Below, one piece after another: positions 10,819 to 23,318 of a stretch of DNA of 64,000 nucleotides; the first letter of the stretch is position 1; each line of letters begins with the position of its first letter. The position numbers and the translations under genes are program-made. The stretch comes from Mobula hypostoma (taxonomy: Eukaryota). The stretch covers positions 11,534,001 to 11,598,000 of the forward strand of contig NC_086101.1 of NCBI RefSeq assembly GCF_963921235.1, read 5' to 3'. The notes beneath the pieces were generated by a model. It made no database searches, had not been told where the DNA came from, and worked only from the letters and a program-made list of their open reading frames with translations.

Positions 10819-13800
10819 GGATGATTCTTTTTAGTTAGGGTAACATTTCTGTCCCTGAGGTAGACTTTCAAGAAAAATAATAGTTTTTTTACAAAAACAA
10901 GTATTGTAATTTTAAAAATTAGGTAATAGTAACTCTAAACTTTTTTCAGTATGTTTCAGAAATAATATTTTCTTAATTTTTAAGTGAATTAAAAACTTGA
11001 ATGTGCCAAAATATCACTATTTTGGGCTTGTCCCATACCCTACTTTGTCTTCAATATAAATTAATAATAAGTATTAAATTCATGAAACAAAATTTTAAGT
11101 TTGCATTTTCTCTCAAGAACTTTTAAAACGCATTAAATTTATGTGTTTTTTTATACAAATTGTACACTTTTTATGACAATGAACCGCTGTCCCCAACACT
11201 TCTGTCACTACTGATACGCAACACATTTTAGAGACCAATCAATTCTTTTCAAACAACTGCTTATGTGGTTGCCGTGGAAATAAGAAGTGACAGGGGAGTA
11301 TATGGCTATCATGGCAGAAGACTGACATTTTGATGTCCAGAAATGTGAGTAAAGATTTATTCTTCCTGATCTGAGGGTATGCTTACATGTCAATACCAAA
11401 CGAGTTACTGAGTGTTTTAATTGAAAAATAAATAACTACTTTATTTCTGTATATTTAAATTGCATTTACAAGCTAGCTATCCAGTTGAGTTAGCAAGTGC
11501 TAGACATAGGCAACATTTTCTTTAAAAAGTGAAGAATGTCATTATCGTCACACAACTGGCGGTGAAGTTGCCAAGATGGCTCCAAAGTCATCAAGACTGA
11601 TCAAATAAATATAGACACAATTCAAGAAGACCCAGTGAAACGTCAGCAGCACCTTGAAAGAGGAAGAGAGAGAAAAACAAGAAAAAGGGAGACAGCAAAA
11701 CTTAAGATCATCTCACAATTACCAAAGCGCAAATGAGACTGGAGAGATGACAGTGGAGAGTAAAGCAAACTAACAAAAGGGCTGCTGATCAGAAGAGACA
11801 GGGAGTACAAAGTTTCATGTCAGAGAACACCCCACCAGAATCTCCAGAAGGACAGCAACAAGACTGGAATGACCTCCATCTTCCAGAGGCTTCACCTATG
11901 CACAAATGGAGATTGCAAGTAGTGCTTTAAATATCAATTGTTGCTTTTTTCAGTTATTGAGATTTCCCTGAATGTTCCATAACTCCTACTGAATAAAAAA
12001 GAGTGAGTGAAGCGTGGAGTAAATGTTTTATCAGTGTTAAAGAAAGTGTTCTCTGATATGAACAGTTGAAAAACAATGGTCTCCATAATCTGTTAAATAT
12101 TTGAATTGCTGCTTATTCCAGAGTTGGAAAGGGTTAGGCAGATGTTTTGTACTCATTATTTTTTTAAAAAACAAGAGTAGACAATACTCAGTTTAGCCGG
12201 GCTGCCTACGTTCATGTTTCACGTAGATGTTTTTAACAAAGTTCACTAGCCGCCTGCCTTAACTGTGATCTCTCATGGAATTTTGATAAATAGTGCAGAC
12301 TGTAATTTGTGTTTTTGGTTATAGATGTTGCTTCTCGTTGGGCAGATGTTTTGTCAGAGTTAATGTTACTCTAAAACCACTGTTTCTCAATATCAAAAGT
12401 TGCAGTGGCCATCGTCTGTGTGGACAGAGTCAGGGGGGTGATCTTGAGGCTTTAGTTCTTCAAGGCCTCAGTCAGCGAGCACAAAGAACGAGTCCTCAGC
12501 AAGGACTTTAGTAAGGCATTTGACAAAGTCCCGCATGGGAGGCTAGTCAAGGAGGTTCAGTCGCTCGGCATTCAGTATGAAGTAGTAAACTGGATTAGAC
12601 ATTGGCTTTGTGGGAGAAGTGGTTGCCTCTCTGACTGGAGGCCTGTTGCTGATGGTGTGTTGCAGGGATCGGTGACGTGTCCCTTGTTGTTTGTCATCTA
12701 CGTCAGTCAACTGGTTGACTGGATCAACAAATTTTCAGACGACATCAAGACTGCGGACACTGGGGAAAGCTATCATAGCTTGCAGAGGGATCTGAATGCT
12801 GGAAAAATGGACCGAAAAATGGCAGATGGAATTTAATGCCAACAGGTGTGATTTCCCCCAGGATCAATAAAGTATGACTATGACCTACCTACAGGAAAGA
12901 TGTAAACAAGTTTGAATGGGTGCAGAGAAGATTTACAAGGATGTTGCTGAGTCTGGAGGACCTGTGCAAAGATTGAATAGGTTAGGACTGTATTCTTTAG
13001 AATGTAGAAAACTGAGAGGAGATTTGATAGAAGTATACAAAATTATCAGGGGTATAGATAAGGTAAATGCAAGCAGGCTTTTTCCACAGATTGGGTGGGA
13101 CTACAACTAGTGGACATGGGTTAAGGGTGAAAGGTGAGTAGTTTAAGGGGAACATGAGGGGCAACTTCTTCACTCAGAGGGTCATGAGAGTGTGGAAGGA
13201 GCTGCCAGCACAAGTGATGCATGGCATGCGAGCTCGATGTCAATGTTTAAGAGAAGTCTGGCCAGGTACATGTAGGGATGTGAAGGGTTATGGTTCCTGT
13301 GCAGGTCGATGGGAGTCGGCAATTTAAATGGTTTTGGCATGGACTAGATGGGCCAAAGGGCCTGTTTTTGTGCTGCTCTTCTCATGATTTTATGACCAGT
13401 GTATTTTGCTATTACCATCACAGTGCATATTTTGATGGAAAATAAAGTTTTGTTTAATAATATTGGCCTGAACTCATTTGCTGGAGTCAATTGCTTTGAT
13501 GTCAAAATCCACATTCTCTCAAAAAGAGTTAAAATTCCAACAATCTAATTAGTAAACAAGTGTTTTGTTGGTAAGCCAAGGAAAATATAGACACCCTTAA
13601 GAAAAGGTGTCCCAAAATATATTCTGAATGTACTTAAAAATGAATTAAAACAAATTTATTAAAAGTGATGTTTTTTTTAATTTGCAGGATTGGCTTTGAA
13701 ATCTTTGTCATTAAATTTTAAATTAAATTCAGTGCTTTGATGGTGTGATGGTAATTACACTCATCTGTGAAAACTCTGCAAAAATGCCCTAAAATATAAA

Positions 13801-13901
13801 AGTTCACTTAAAGGATGATCAATGTCAGGTCATAACATAACAGAGCTCCAAGAAATTACATTTTTTCTGAATTTCAAGTAGCCTAAATTGAATAATCACC
13901 C
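10819..13901 (+). mobile_element. Decayed DNA transposon, Sola2-like
   Basis: Imperfect TIRs (ggatgattctt / aataatcaccc), 4-bp TSD attt/atgt (1 mismatch), clean interruption of a Rex tail. Basic N-terminal remnant near 11575 (MAPKSS...IQEDPVKRQQHLER). Confidence 0.55.
12503..13396 (+). mobile_element. CR1 3' fragment nested in the Sola-like element
   Basis: DFSKAFDKVPHGRL and LRGDLIEVYKI motifs; CR1 3' UTR. Confidence 0.85.
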
Positions 13902-14024
13902 ATGTACTTTGATAACAAATTTACTTTGAACTAACGCAACCCACTGAGCCATTACGATACGCCGTTGTCACTATGCATTGCACGGAACATATTTACATAA
14001 AGATTAGAAAACAACCGAACTCAC

Positions 14025-14120
14025 CCAAAATTCAGAAATCTTCCGTGTCTGCTCTTCCTCCATTTCCTGGATTATAGCTTTATATTTCATGTAAGAGTCT
14101 AAGGAAGACTTAATCTTAAC
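14025..14120 (-). CDS. TRIM-A exon 2 (96 nt, coiled-coil)
   Basis: tctcAG|VKIKSSLDSYMKYKAIIQEMEEEQTRKISEFW|GTgagt; paralog 39507-39602 has the same length. Confidence 0.92.
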
Positions 14121-14211
14121 CTGAGATTGGGTTTGAGAATCAGAGATCAAAAGAGTTAAACGACAAAAACGCAGAAGAATGGTCAGTAACGCGAAATCGG
14201 TTCGCCATTAC

Positions 14212-14622
14212 CTTGTAGATTTCAGCGGCTTCTTCAACCGGCAAGAGGTTGTGAGCCTTGTGTTCCCGCGCAATCGCGCAGATCACACAGATCAGTTTCT
14301 GGTCCGTCTCACAAAATAGCTTCAGTTCTTCCTCGTGTTCCTTGCATTGGTGTTTATTTTCCTTCTCTTTCAGACTCAGGCTTAGCCTTCGAACCTTATC
14401 AGCCAGACTTGCTAAGGCCCAACTTGACCGGAGTGTGTGGTCTGCAAATTGCGCTCTACACTCCGGGCAGGAGTTTCGCTGCGCACTTTTCCAACACTGA
14501 GTGATGCAGTGCCGGCAGAAGTTGTGTCCGCACTCCAGTGACACTGGATCGATGAAGAAATCCAGACAGATGGGACAAATTGCTTCCTCGGTTAAACTCA
14601 CGACTTGGTCTTTAGAAGCCAT
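14212..14622 (-). CDS. TRIM-A exon 1: RING (C3HC4) + B-box2; TRIM27/TRIM39/A33-like E3 ubiquitin ligase
   Basis: ATG at 14622 (aacATGg); MASK...CPIC...CGHNFCRHC...CPEC...CKEH...FCETD...CVIC...HKAH; donor aag|GTaatg; 411 nt. Confidence 0.95.
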
Positions 14623-14634
14623 GTTAACTGCCGG

Positions 14635-14696
14635 CACTTCCGGTCACTATCGGGGAGCTGCAATACCGCGAATGTCCACTACGTGCGCTGCAGTCT
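14635..14696 (-). promoter_or_regulatory. Putative proximal promoter/5' UTR motifs of TRIM-A
   Basis: ETS-like CCGGAAGTG (14635-14643) and 12-mer gcgctgcagtct (14685-14696), both shared with the TRIM-B upstream region; CpG-rich. Confidence 0.45.
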
Positions 14697-14865
14697 CCGG
14701 GAAGGAACTTCATTTTGTTCAAGATTCAAGATTGCTTAATGCAATTTCATGTACGGTACATAAGTGTGAGCAGAACAGAGTTGTATGTACTATACAGCAC
14801 AAAACACAAAAAAATCACCCTAATAACAATAATAAAACACACACCATAAATATAAATACATACTT

Positions 14866-15113
14866 GGGCGGCACAGTGGTTAGCACAACGCTTTACAGTA
14901 CCAGCGACTAGGTTCAATTCCCGCTGCTGTCTGCAAGGAGTTTGTACGTTGTCCCCGTAACTGCATGGATTTCCTCCCACAATCCAAAGACGTGCCTGTT
15001 GGTAGATTAATTGGTAGTTGTAAATTGTCCCGTGGTTAGGATAGGGTTAAATTAGGGGTTCTGGACGGCGTTGCTGCAAGGTCAGATTCTGCGTGGTATC
15101 ACAATAAATAAAT
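14866..15113 (+). mobile_element. tRNA-derived V-SINE (HE1-like)
   Basis: gggcggcacagtggttagc A-box region, ggttcaattcc B box, V domain ggagtttgtacgtt...tcccacaatccaaagac, (aaat) tail. Confidence 0.8.
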
Positions 15114-15122
15114 GAGTTAACT

Positions 15123-15668
15123 TATAGTACATAGACTGATTGTATGTCTATAAAGTGACGCTGCACTGTACATGAGGTGAGTGATGGGAAATAATAAAGT
15201 AATGGTGCAAACAACAGGAATTCTGCAGATGCTGGAAATTCAAGCAACACACATAAAAGTTGCTGGTGAACGCAGCACCTCTTCCTAGAGCAGCCTGGCC
15301 TGCTGCATTCACCAGCAACTTTTATAAGTAATGGTGCAGTTAGTAGGTGGAAGTGTTCATTAGCCTTACTAATGGGGAAAGGAACTGTCTGGAGTCTGGA
15401 CGTCCTGGCTTGGATTCGATGCAGCCTCATACCAGGGGAGTCCATGAGCAGGGATGTGGGATCTTTCATGATGTCACTGTTTTCGTTCAGCACCGTTCTG
15501 TATATACATCCTTGGTAGTGGGTAGGTTGGTGAGATGACTCGTTGGGCAGTTTTGACTACCCGTTGCAGAGCTGCTGTGCAGTTTGCATACTAAACAGTG
15601 ACGCTGTCTACTGCACATCTGTAGAATGGAGTGAGTGTGAATATGCACAGTGCAGCTCTCTTCAGCTT
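15123..15668 (-). mobile_element. Rex1/Babar-type LINE 3' part (resumes after 17589)
   Basis: Antisense remnant IMKDPTSL...RIQARTSRL; ctcttc|agctt|cctcagaaa is restored across the solo LTR. Confidence 0.65.
15210..15325. mobile_element. Penelope-terminus hairpin insertion with 13-bp TSD
   Basis: TSD aagtaatggtgca at 15197-15209 and 15326-15338; internal 24-bp inverted repeat with 1 mismatch. Confidence 0.8.
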
Positions 15669-15968
15669 TGTGGAAGACAATATCAAGGCCTTACATTGTA
15701 ATGGCCATTGAGGGGCTAATGATTTGTTTTAAAATGTGAATTCGAAGTCTACAATCATTTATCTGCAACTAATGTACTCTGTGTGACTGAAATGTGCCTC
15801 GCAACCAAGATGTAAAAATAACTGTATCTGTACTTCTTTGTTCTGAGAATTTTTATATGTCTGCAGTTGGGCCAGCTTGTCTGATATATTTTTGAAAACT
15901 AACACTTAATTAAAACATGTAGCTGCTCAAGGACACATTTATGCTACTTTGCGATTCAGTAGAAATAC

Positions 15969-17226
15969 ATAGAACATAGAATAGTACAGCACAGTACAGG
16001 CCCTTTGGCCCACAAATGTTGTGCCGACCCTCAAACCCTGCCTCCCATATAACCCCTCACCTTAAATTCCTCCATATACCTGTCTAGTAGTCTCTTAAAC
16101 TTCACTGGTGTATCTGCCTCCACCACTGACTCAGGCAGTGCATTCCACGCACCAGCCACTCTCTGAGTAAAAAACCTTCCTCTAATATCCCCCTTGAACT
16201 TCCCACCCCTTACCTTAAAGCCATGTCCTCTTGTATTGAGCAGTGGTGCCCTGGGGAAGAGGTGCTGGCTATCCACTCTATATTTTCCTCTTAATATCGT
16301 GTATACCTTTATCATGTCTCCTCTCATCCTTTTTCTCTCCAAAGAGTAAAGCCCTAGCTCCCTTAATCTTTGATCATAATGCATACTCTCTAAACCAGGC
16401 AGCATCCTGGTAAATCTCCTCTGTACCCTTTCCAATGCTTCCACATCTTTCCTATAGTGAGGCAACCAGAACTGGACACAATACTCCAAGTGTGGCCTAA
16501 CCAGAGTTTTATAGAGCTGCATCATTACATCATGACTCTTAAACTCCATCCCTCAACTTATAAAAGCTAACACCCCATAAGCTTTCTTAACTACGCTATC
16601 TACCTGTGAGGCAACTTTCAGGGATCTGTGGACATGTACCCCCACATCCCTCTGCTCCTCCACACTACGAAGTATCCTGCCATTTACTTTGTACTCTGCC
16701 TCGAAGTTTGTCATTCCAAAATGTACCACCTCACACTTCTCCGGGTTGAACTCCATCTGCCACTTCTCAGCTCACTTCTGCACCCTATCAATTTCTCTCT
16801 GCAATCTTCAACAATCCTCTACACTATCTACAACACCACCAACCTTTGTATCATCTGCAAACTTGCCAACCCACCCTTCTACCCGCACATCCAGGTCATT
16901 AATAAAAATCACGAAAAGTAGAGGTCCCAGAACAGATCCTTATGGGAAACCACTAGTCACAATCCTCCAATCTGAATGTACTCCCTCCACCACCACCCTC
17001 TGCCTTCTGCAGGCAAGCCAATTCTGAATCCACCTGGACAACAGGAATTCTGCAGATGCTGGAAATTCAAGCAACACACATCAAAGTTGCTGGTGAATGC
17101 AGCAGGCCAGGCAGCATCTATAGGAAGAGGCGCAGTGCCTTCTGCAGGCAAGCCAATTCTGAATCCACCTGGCCAAACTTCCCTGGATCCCATGCCTTCT
17201 GACTTTCTGAATAAGCCGACCGTGTG
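15969..17226 (-). mobile_element. CR1 3' portion nested in the solo LTR
   Basis: ORFs 16031-16549 and 16553-16756 (LVRPHLEYCVQFW); (ttctatg) tail; flanking duplication gaaatac at 15962-15968 and 17227-17233. Confidence 0.92.
17038..17135 (-). mobile_element. 98-bp Penelope-terminus insertion flanked by 37-bp direct duplication
   Basis: Identical tgccttctgcaggcaagccaattctgaatccacctgg at 17001-17037 and 17136-17172; insert closely matches 15211-15277. Confidence 0.85.
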
Positions 17227-17714
17227 GAAATACCAAGGACCTGATTGCTAAGCTTTGCCTTGAAGTCGTCATGTAGGATGCGGTGGACTAATTATACATT
17301 GCTCTCTAAAATGCTAGACATTGTTCTCTGAAAATGCTAGACAAAGGTTCAAATAAGGAATTATCCGGACATACAATGTTCTGAGGCAAGTGACCTATAC
17401 TTCTGTAAAAAATCCACCTAAGTGTCTCTTGTCAGGTACCATTCGTGTATAAATATGTCTGAGTTTTTTTGTTTGATGGAGCTCCAGGATCCCGATTTTG
17501 GGTGCTGGGCTCCCCATGATATCATGTGACAAATAAAGAATTTTCTACGGCACTCTCCCTCCGGGTCCGAGTATTCTTTTTCCGCGACAAGCTTCCTCAG
17601 AAAATCGATACATTGAATTGGTGAGTTTTGATTTTTTGCAAGCGTTCAGCGTTGATAAACCATGACGCAAAGCTGTATATAAATGAAAATGGAAAGAAGT
17701 CCGGAGGAAATGAC

Positions 17715-18305
17715 AGAAAGTAGACAGGGTGGAGAGGATATTGACTGGCTGGATCAGAGCCTGGTACAGAAACACCAATGCTTTTGAAGGGAAAACCCTA
17801 CAGAAGTAGTGGATACCGCCTGGTCCATCATGCTCCCTGCCATTGAGCACATTTACATGGAGCATTGTCGTAGGAAAGCAGCATCCATCATCAGGGACCC
17901 CCACCACCCAGGTCACGCTCTCTTCTCACTGCTGCCCTCAGAAAGACACAAGAGCCTCAGGACACATACCGCCAGGTTCAGGAACTGTTAGTATCCCTCA
18001 ACCATCAGGCTGTTCAACCAGAGGGATAAATGCACTCATCTTCACTTGTCCCCAGAACCTATGGAATCACTTTCAAGGACTCTTCATTTCATGTTCTCAG
18101 TATTAATTGCTTATTTATTTATTATTATTGTTGTTTTTATTCTTTCATTTTGTATTTGCAGATTGTTGTCTTTTGCACACTGGCTGTCCACCCTGTTGAT
18201 GTGGCCTTTCGTTGGACTTACTGAGTATGCCCACAAGTAAATGGAACTCAGGGTTGTATATGGTGACACGTACGTTCACTGATATTAAAATCACTTTGAA
18301 CTTTG
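17715..18305 (+). mobile_element. Rex1/Babar-type LINE 3' part
   Basis: RRKAASIIRDPHHPGHALFSLLPS...RFRN; tail ...ctttgaactttga. Confidence 0.8.
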
Positions 18306-18589
18306 AAGAGGGTTGCCAATCTGGTGTGTGCGTGGGTGGGTGGGGGCGGGTAAGGGTGAATGCTGTGGCCATGCGAGCCCTGCTTTTAGTAAAGCGGACA
18401 TCCTTCAGAGTTAAAAGTTTGAAGTAAATGCATTATCAAGGTACATAATTGTCACTATATAAAACTCTGCGATTCATTTTCTTGCAGGCTTACACAGTAA
18501 GTCCAAGAAACACAATGGAATCAATGAAAGACCACACCCAACAGGGCAGACATTCCAGAGGAATGCCACAGAGACCAGGTTACAGACAC

Positions 18590-21500
18590 TGACCATGGGT
18601 CCGTGGTGCAGAGGGAGAAGAAGGGAGTGCAGGTGACAGGGCACTCAATAGTCAGAGGAACAGACAGGAGATTCTGTGGATGTGAATGGGTCATGTTGCT
18701 TCCCAAGGGCCAGGGACAGGGACATCTCAGATTGCCCCACAGCATTTTTTTTTGGGAGGGTGGAATAGCAGACAGATGTCTTGGTACATATTGGTACCAA
18801 TAACACAGGAAGAAAAAGCAAAGAGGTCCTGAAGAGAGAATTTAGAAAGCTAGGCTAAGAAGCAGGACCTCCAGGGCAGTAAATTCTGGATTGCTGCCTG
18901 TGACACACACCCGTGAGGGTAGGATGCTCTGGGAGATTAATGTGTGGCTGAGAAGCAGGTGCAGGGGGCAGGGCTTCCGGTTCTTGAATCGTTGGGATAT
19001 CTGGGGTTGTACCTGAGCCCGAGGGGACCAATCTTCTCACTGGTAGGTTTGTTAGAGCTGTTGGGGAGGGTTTTGACTAATTTGGTGGGGTGGGGTGTAG
19101 GAACAGGAGTGAAGCGATTAACGATAGGACGGATGGTAAAAACACAAAGATAGCATGCAGTCAGACTGTCAGGAAGGGCAGGCAGGTGATAGAACATAAC
19201 TGCAGCCAGCAGGGTGAGTATCAGTGCATTAGGGATGCAGAATCAAAAAGGGTAGCAAATACAGCACTCAAATTGTTATATCTGATTGCACGGAGTATAA
19301 GAAATATGGTGGATGATCTTGTTGCACTATTATAGATTGTCAGATATGATGTTGTGGTATCATAACATTTTCTATTTCACTGAATCATGGCTGAAAGAAG
19401 GTTGTAGTTGGGAGCTGAATGTCCAAGTTTACACGTTGTGTCAGAGAGACAGGAAGGTAGGCAGAGGGGATTGCATGGCTCTGCTGGTAGAAAATGGCAT
19501 CTAATCAGTAGAAAGTTGTGACACAGGATCAGAAGATGCTGAATCCTTGTGGGTTGAGTTAAGGAACTGCAAGGGTAAAAGGACCCTAATAGCAGTTATA
19601 TACAGGCTTTCCAACTGTAGCTGGGTTGTGGACCACAAATTTCAACGGGAAATAGAAAAGGAATGTCAAAAGAGCAATGTTATGATAGTCATGAGAGATT
19701 TCAACATGCATGTCGATTGGGAAAATCAGGTTCGTAATGGATCTCAACAGAGTGAGTTTGTTGAATGCCTACGAGATGGATGTTTAGAGCAGTTTGTCAC
19801 TGAGCCAACTAAAGGATCAGCTATACTGGACTGGGTGTTATCTTTATTACTTTATGGTCACCAAACAATTGATACTAGAGTGTACAATCATCACAGCGAT
19901 GTTTGATTCTGCGCTTCGCACGCCCTGGAGTACAAATCAATAGTAAATATAATAAAAAATTAAATTATAAATCATTAATAGAAAATAGAAAAGGGAAAGT
20001 AAGGTAGTGCAAAAAAACCGGAGGCAGGTCCGGATATTTGGAGGGTATGGCCCAGATCCGGTTCAGGATCCGTTCAGCAGTCTTATCACAGTTGGAAAGA
20101 AGCTGTTCCCAAATCTGGCCAGATGAAAGTCTTCAAGCTCCTGAGCCTTCTCCCGGAGGGAAGAGGGATGAAAAGTGTGTTGGCTGGGTGGGTCATGTCC
20201 TTGATTATCCTGTCAGCACTGCTCCGACAGCATGTGGTGTAAAATTAGTCCAAGGACGGAAGATTAGTTTGTGTGATGTGCTGGGCTGTGTTCACGATCT
20301 TCTGCAGCTTCTTCCGGTCTTGGACAGGGCAACTTCTATACCAGGTTGTAATGCACCCTAGAAGAATGCTTTCTACGGTGCATCTATAAAAATTAGTGAG
20401 GGTTTTAGGGGCAGGCCAAATTTGTTTAGCTTTCTCAGGAAGTAAAGGTGCTGGTGGGCCTTCTTGGCAATGGACAGTGCTTGGTTGGACCAAGTCAGGT
20501 CATTTGTGATATTGACCCCGAGGAACTTAAAGCTTTTGACCTGTTCCACTTGAGCACCATCGATGTAGATGGGAGTCGTGCAGTCCGCTACTCCTTCTGA
20601 AGTCAACAACCAATTCCTTCGTCTTGCGACATTGAGGGATAGGTTATTGTCTTCGCACCATGCCAGCAGGTTCTTAATTTCCTCTCTGTACTCAAAGTCA
20701 TCATTACCCAAGATACGGCCTACAATTGTGGTGTCATCAGCAAACTTATATATTGAGTTCGATGGAAACTTGGCTACACAATCATGGGTGTACAGTGAAT
20801 ACAGCAGGGGGCTGAGTACACAGCCTTGTGGGGCACCGGTGCTCTGAGTGATTGTAGAGGAGAGCTTGTCCCCTATTTTTACAGCCTGGCTTCTGTCTGT
20901 GAGGAAGTTGAAGATCCAGCTGCAGATCTGAATGCTAAGGCCCAGGTTCCAGAGCTTAGGAATCAGTTTATTTGGAATGATGGTATTAAAGTCAGAGCTG
21001 TAGTCAATGAAAAGGAGCCTTACATATGTGTCTTTATTCTCCAGGTGTTCTAAGGAGGAATGTAGGGCCAGAGAGATGACATCTGCCGTTGAGCTGTTGC
21101 TCTGCTAGGCAAATTGCAAAGCGTCGAGTTTGACTGGTAGGCTGTGGTTGGTGTGTGCCATAACCAATCACTCGAAGCATTTCATGTAATGTACTGGAGG
21201 TGATTAGGGAGCTTATGGTAAAAGAACCCTTAGGAGGCAGATTGGTGGAGGGTCAGCTAATGTTAAGGAAACAGGTAGGCTGCTGAAGGACTTAGACAGA
21301 TTAGGAGAATAGGCAAGAAAGTGGCAAATGAAATACAATGTTGGGAAATACATGGTCATGCACTTTGGTAGTAGAAATAAATCTGCAGACTATATTCTAA
21401 AAGGGGAAAAATTCAAAAATCTGAGATGCAAAGGGGCTTGAGAGTCCTTGTGCAGAACACTGCAAAGGTTAATTTGCAGGTTGATTCAGTGGTGAGGAAG

Positions 21501-22117
21501 GCAAATGCAATGTTTTCAAGAGGTCTAGAATACAAGAGCAGGGACGTGATGCTGAGGCTTTATGAGGCTCTGGTGAGGTCTCACCTTGAGTATTGTGAGC
21601 AGTTCTGGGTTTCTCATCTAAGAAAAGATGTATTGACATTGGAGAAGGTTCAGAGGAGGTTCACAGGGATGATTCTGGGAATGAAAGGGTTATCCTACAA
21701 GGAACGTTTGATGACTGTGGGTCTGTACTCGCTGGAATTTAGAAGGATGAGGGGGGTCCTCATTGAAACTTTTCAAATGTTGAAAGACTTAGACAGAGTA
21801 GATGTGGAAAGGATATTTTCCATGGTAAGGGAGTCTAGGACAAGATAGAGGAGAGTCTATTTAAAAAAATAGATGCAGAAACATTTCTTTAGTCAGAGGG
21901 TGGTATATTTGTGGAATTTGTTACCACAGGCAGCTATGGAGGCCAGGTCGTTGGGGACACTGATTGATAGGTTCTTGATCGGACACGGCATCAAAGGTTA
22001 TGAGGAGCAGGCCAGGGAGTGGGGTTGAGGAGGTGAAAAAGGGATCAGCCATGATTGAATGGCGGAGCAGACTCAATGGGCCAAATGGCCTAATTCTGTT
22101 CCTACGTCTCATGGTCT
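18590..22117 (+). mobile_element. Old CR1 (ORF1 esterase, EN, internal deletion, 3' end) interrupted by Rex
   Basis: GHSIVRGTDRRFCG (ORF1), WVELRNCKGK...RDFNM (APE EN), LVRSHLEYC (C-terminus). Confidence 0.85.
19839..21186 (-). mobile_element. Rex1/Babar LINE, RT and 3' end
   Basis: [62 protein letters not shown]; splits the CR1 WVL|CN motif. Confidence 0.88.
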
Positions 22118-23318
22118 TACGGACAAAAATTCATGTGCAAATCCAAAAGGTAATAGTAATACTTAGGTAACCATAATATACATACAGAAGAGCAGGAAGG
22201 ATACCCCAAGGGTACGAATGTCACCAACTCTAGCACAGAATTACCAAAACACACAGAAATAATGAACTCTTGGTCTAATATCTGGTCAAACAGGATGAAG
22301 TACAATCAAGAAGAAAGCTGGATTAAGGAGGAAAAAGAGAATATACATATTATTGAAAGAATGCAAATAATGGACATGCTGAAAGAGTTTATATAGAATA
22401 CCCACAACTGGGGAAGTACAGGCGGTGATAATATTCATCATTATTGGTATAAAAAGTCTACTTGCCTTCATCTGTACCTGTTAATGCAGATCAACAATTT
22501 TCTTTAAAATTCTGGAAAAAGTGCCTGAATTTTTGACTGAAGGTAAAACATATCTCTTACCTAAAGGGGAAATCACAAATGATCTAGCAAAATATCATCC
22601 TACCACGTGTTTATAAACTATATATAGAATTGTAACACCATGGATCTCGCAACTAACCACCACTCACTTAGATAACCACAATATAATTACACAAGAGCAG
22701 ACAGGATGCCATAAGGATATGAATGGAAGTAAATAACTGATAATAGATTCCATAATTCTAAACCAAGTTCAGCGTAAAAGTAGAAATCATTCATGCTGCT
22801 GTATTAACTATCAAAAAGCGGTTGACCACAATTATGCTTAATAAAGTTCTATATATATAGATAAACCACACCCAATACTTGTGAAATTCCTTCAACATCT
22901 GATGAAGAATTGGCGTAATATAATCACCCGAAGTATTAACAACCAATAGAGAATATCCATCATTATCAAAATAAACCGAGGCATTTGTCTGGGGCGACTC
23001 TCTAAGCTCACTATGGTTTTGTGTAACTTTAAATCCATTCTACAATTTACTGAAATGGACAAAAATCAGGTATCAAATCAGAAACAACAAAATAACTTAT
23101 ACCTTGACACACCTGCTATACGTGGATGATTTGAAATTATATGCTCCTTCAACAGTAAAGCTATTTAATTCAAATAGTAGAACTATTTTCGAAAGGTATA
23201 AATATGAATTTTGGACCAGATAAATGCAGATTATTAAAGATAAAGAAAAGTGCAATGGAGCTCACAGAATACAAAATAGAGCAGCAGGATACAGTGCAAC
23301 TGATGGATGGATATGAAA

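Larger units (their letters stand above)
15669..17589 (+). mobile_element. Solo LTR (about 0.66 kb after removing nested CR1)
   Basis: TG...CA ends, 5-bp TSD agctt (15664-15668, 17590-17594), TATAAATA at 17448, AATAAA at 17532. Confidence 0.75.

Noticed and set aside
14623..14637. ORF-track starts upstream of MASK (also 40097-40117)
   Set aside because: Non-ATG starts; the conserved ATG gives matching 411/412-nt exons.
14620..14720. Interferon-stimulated response element upstream of the TRIM genes
   Set aside because: No convincing GAAANNGAAA seen upstream of A or B.
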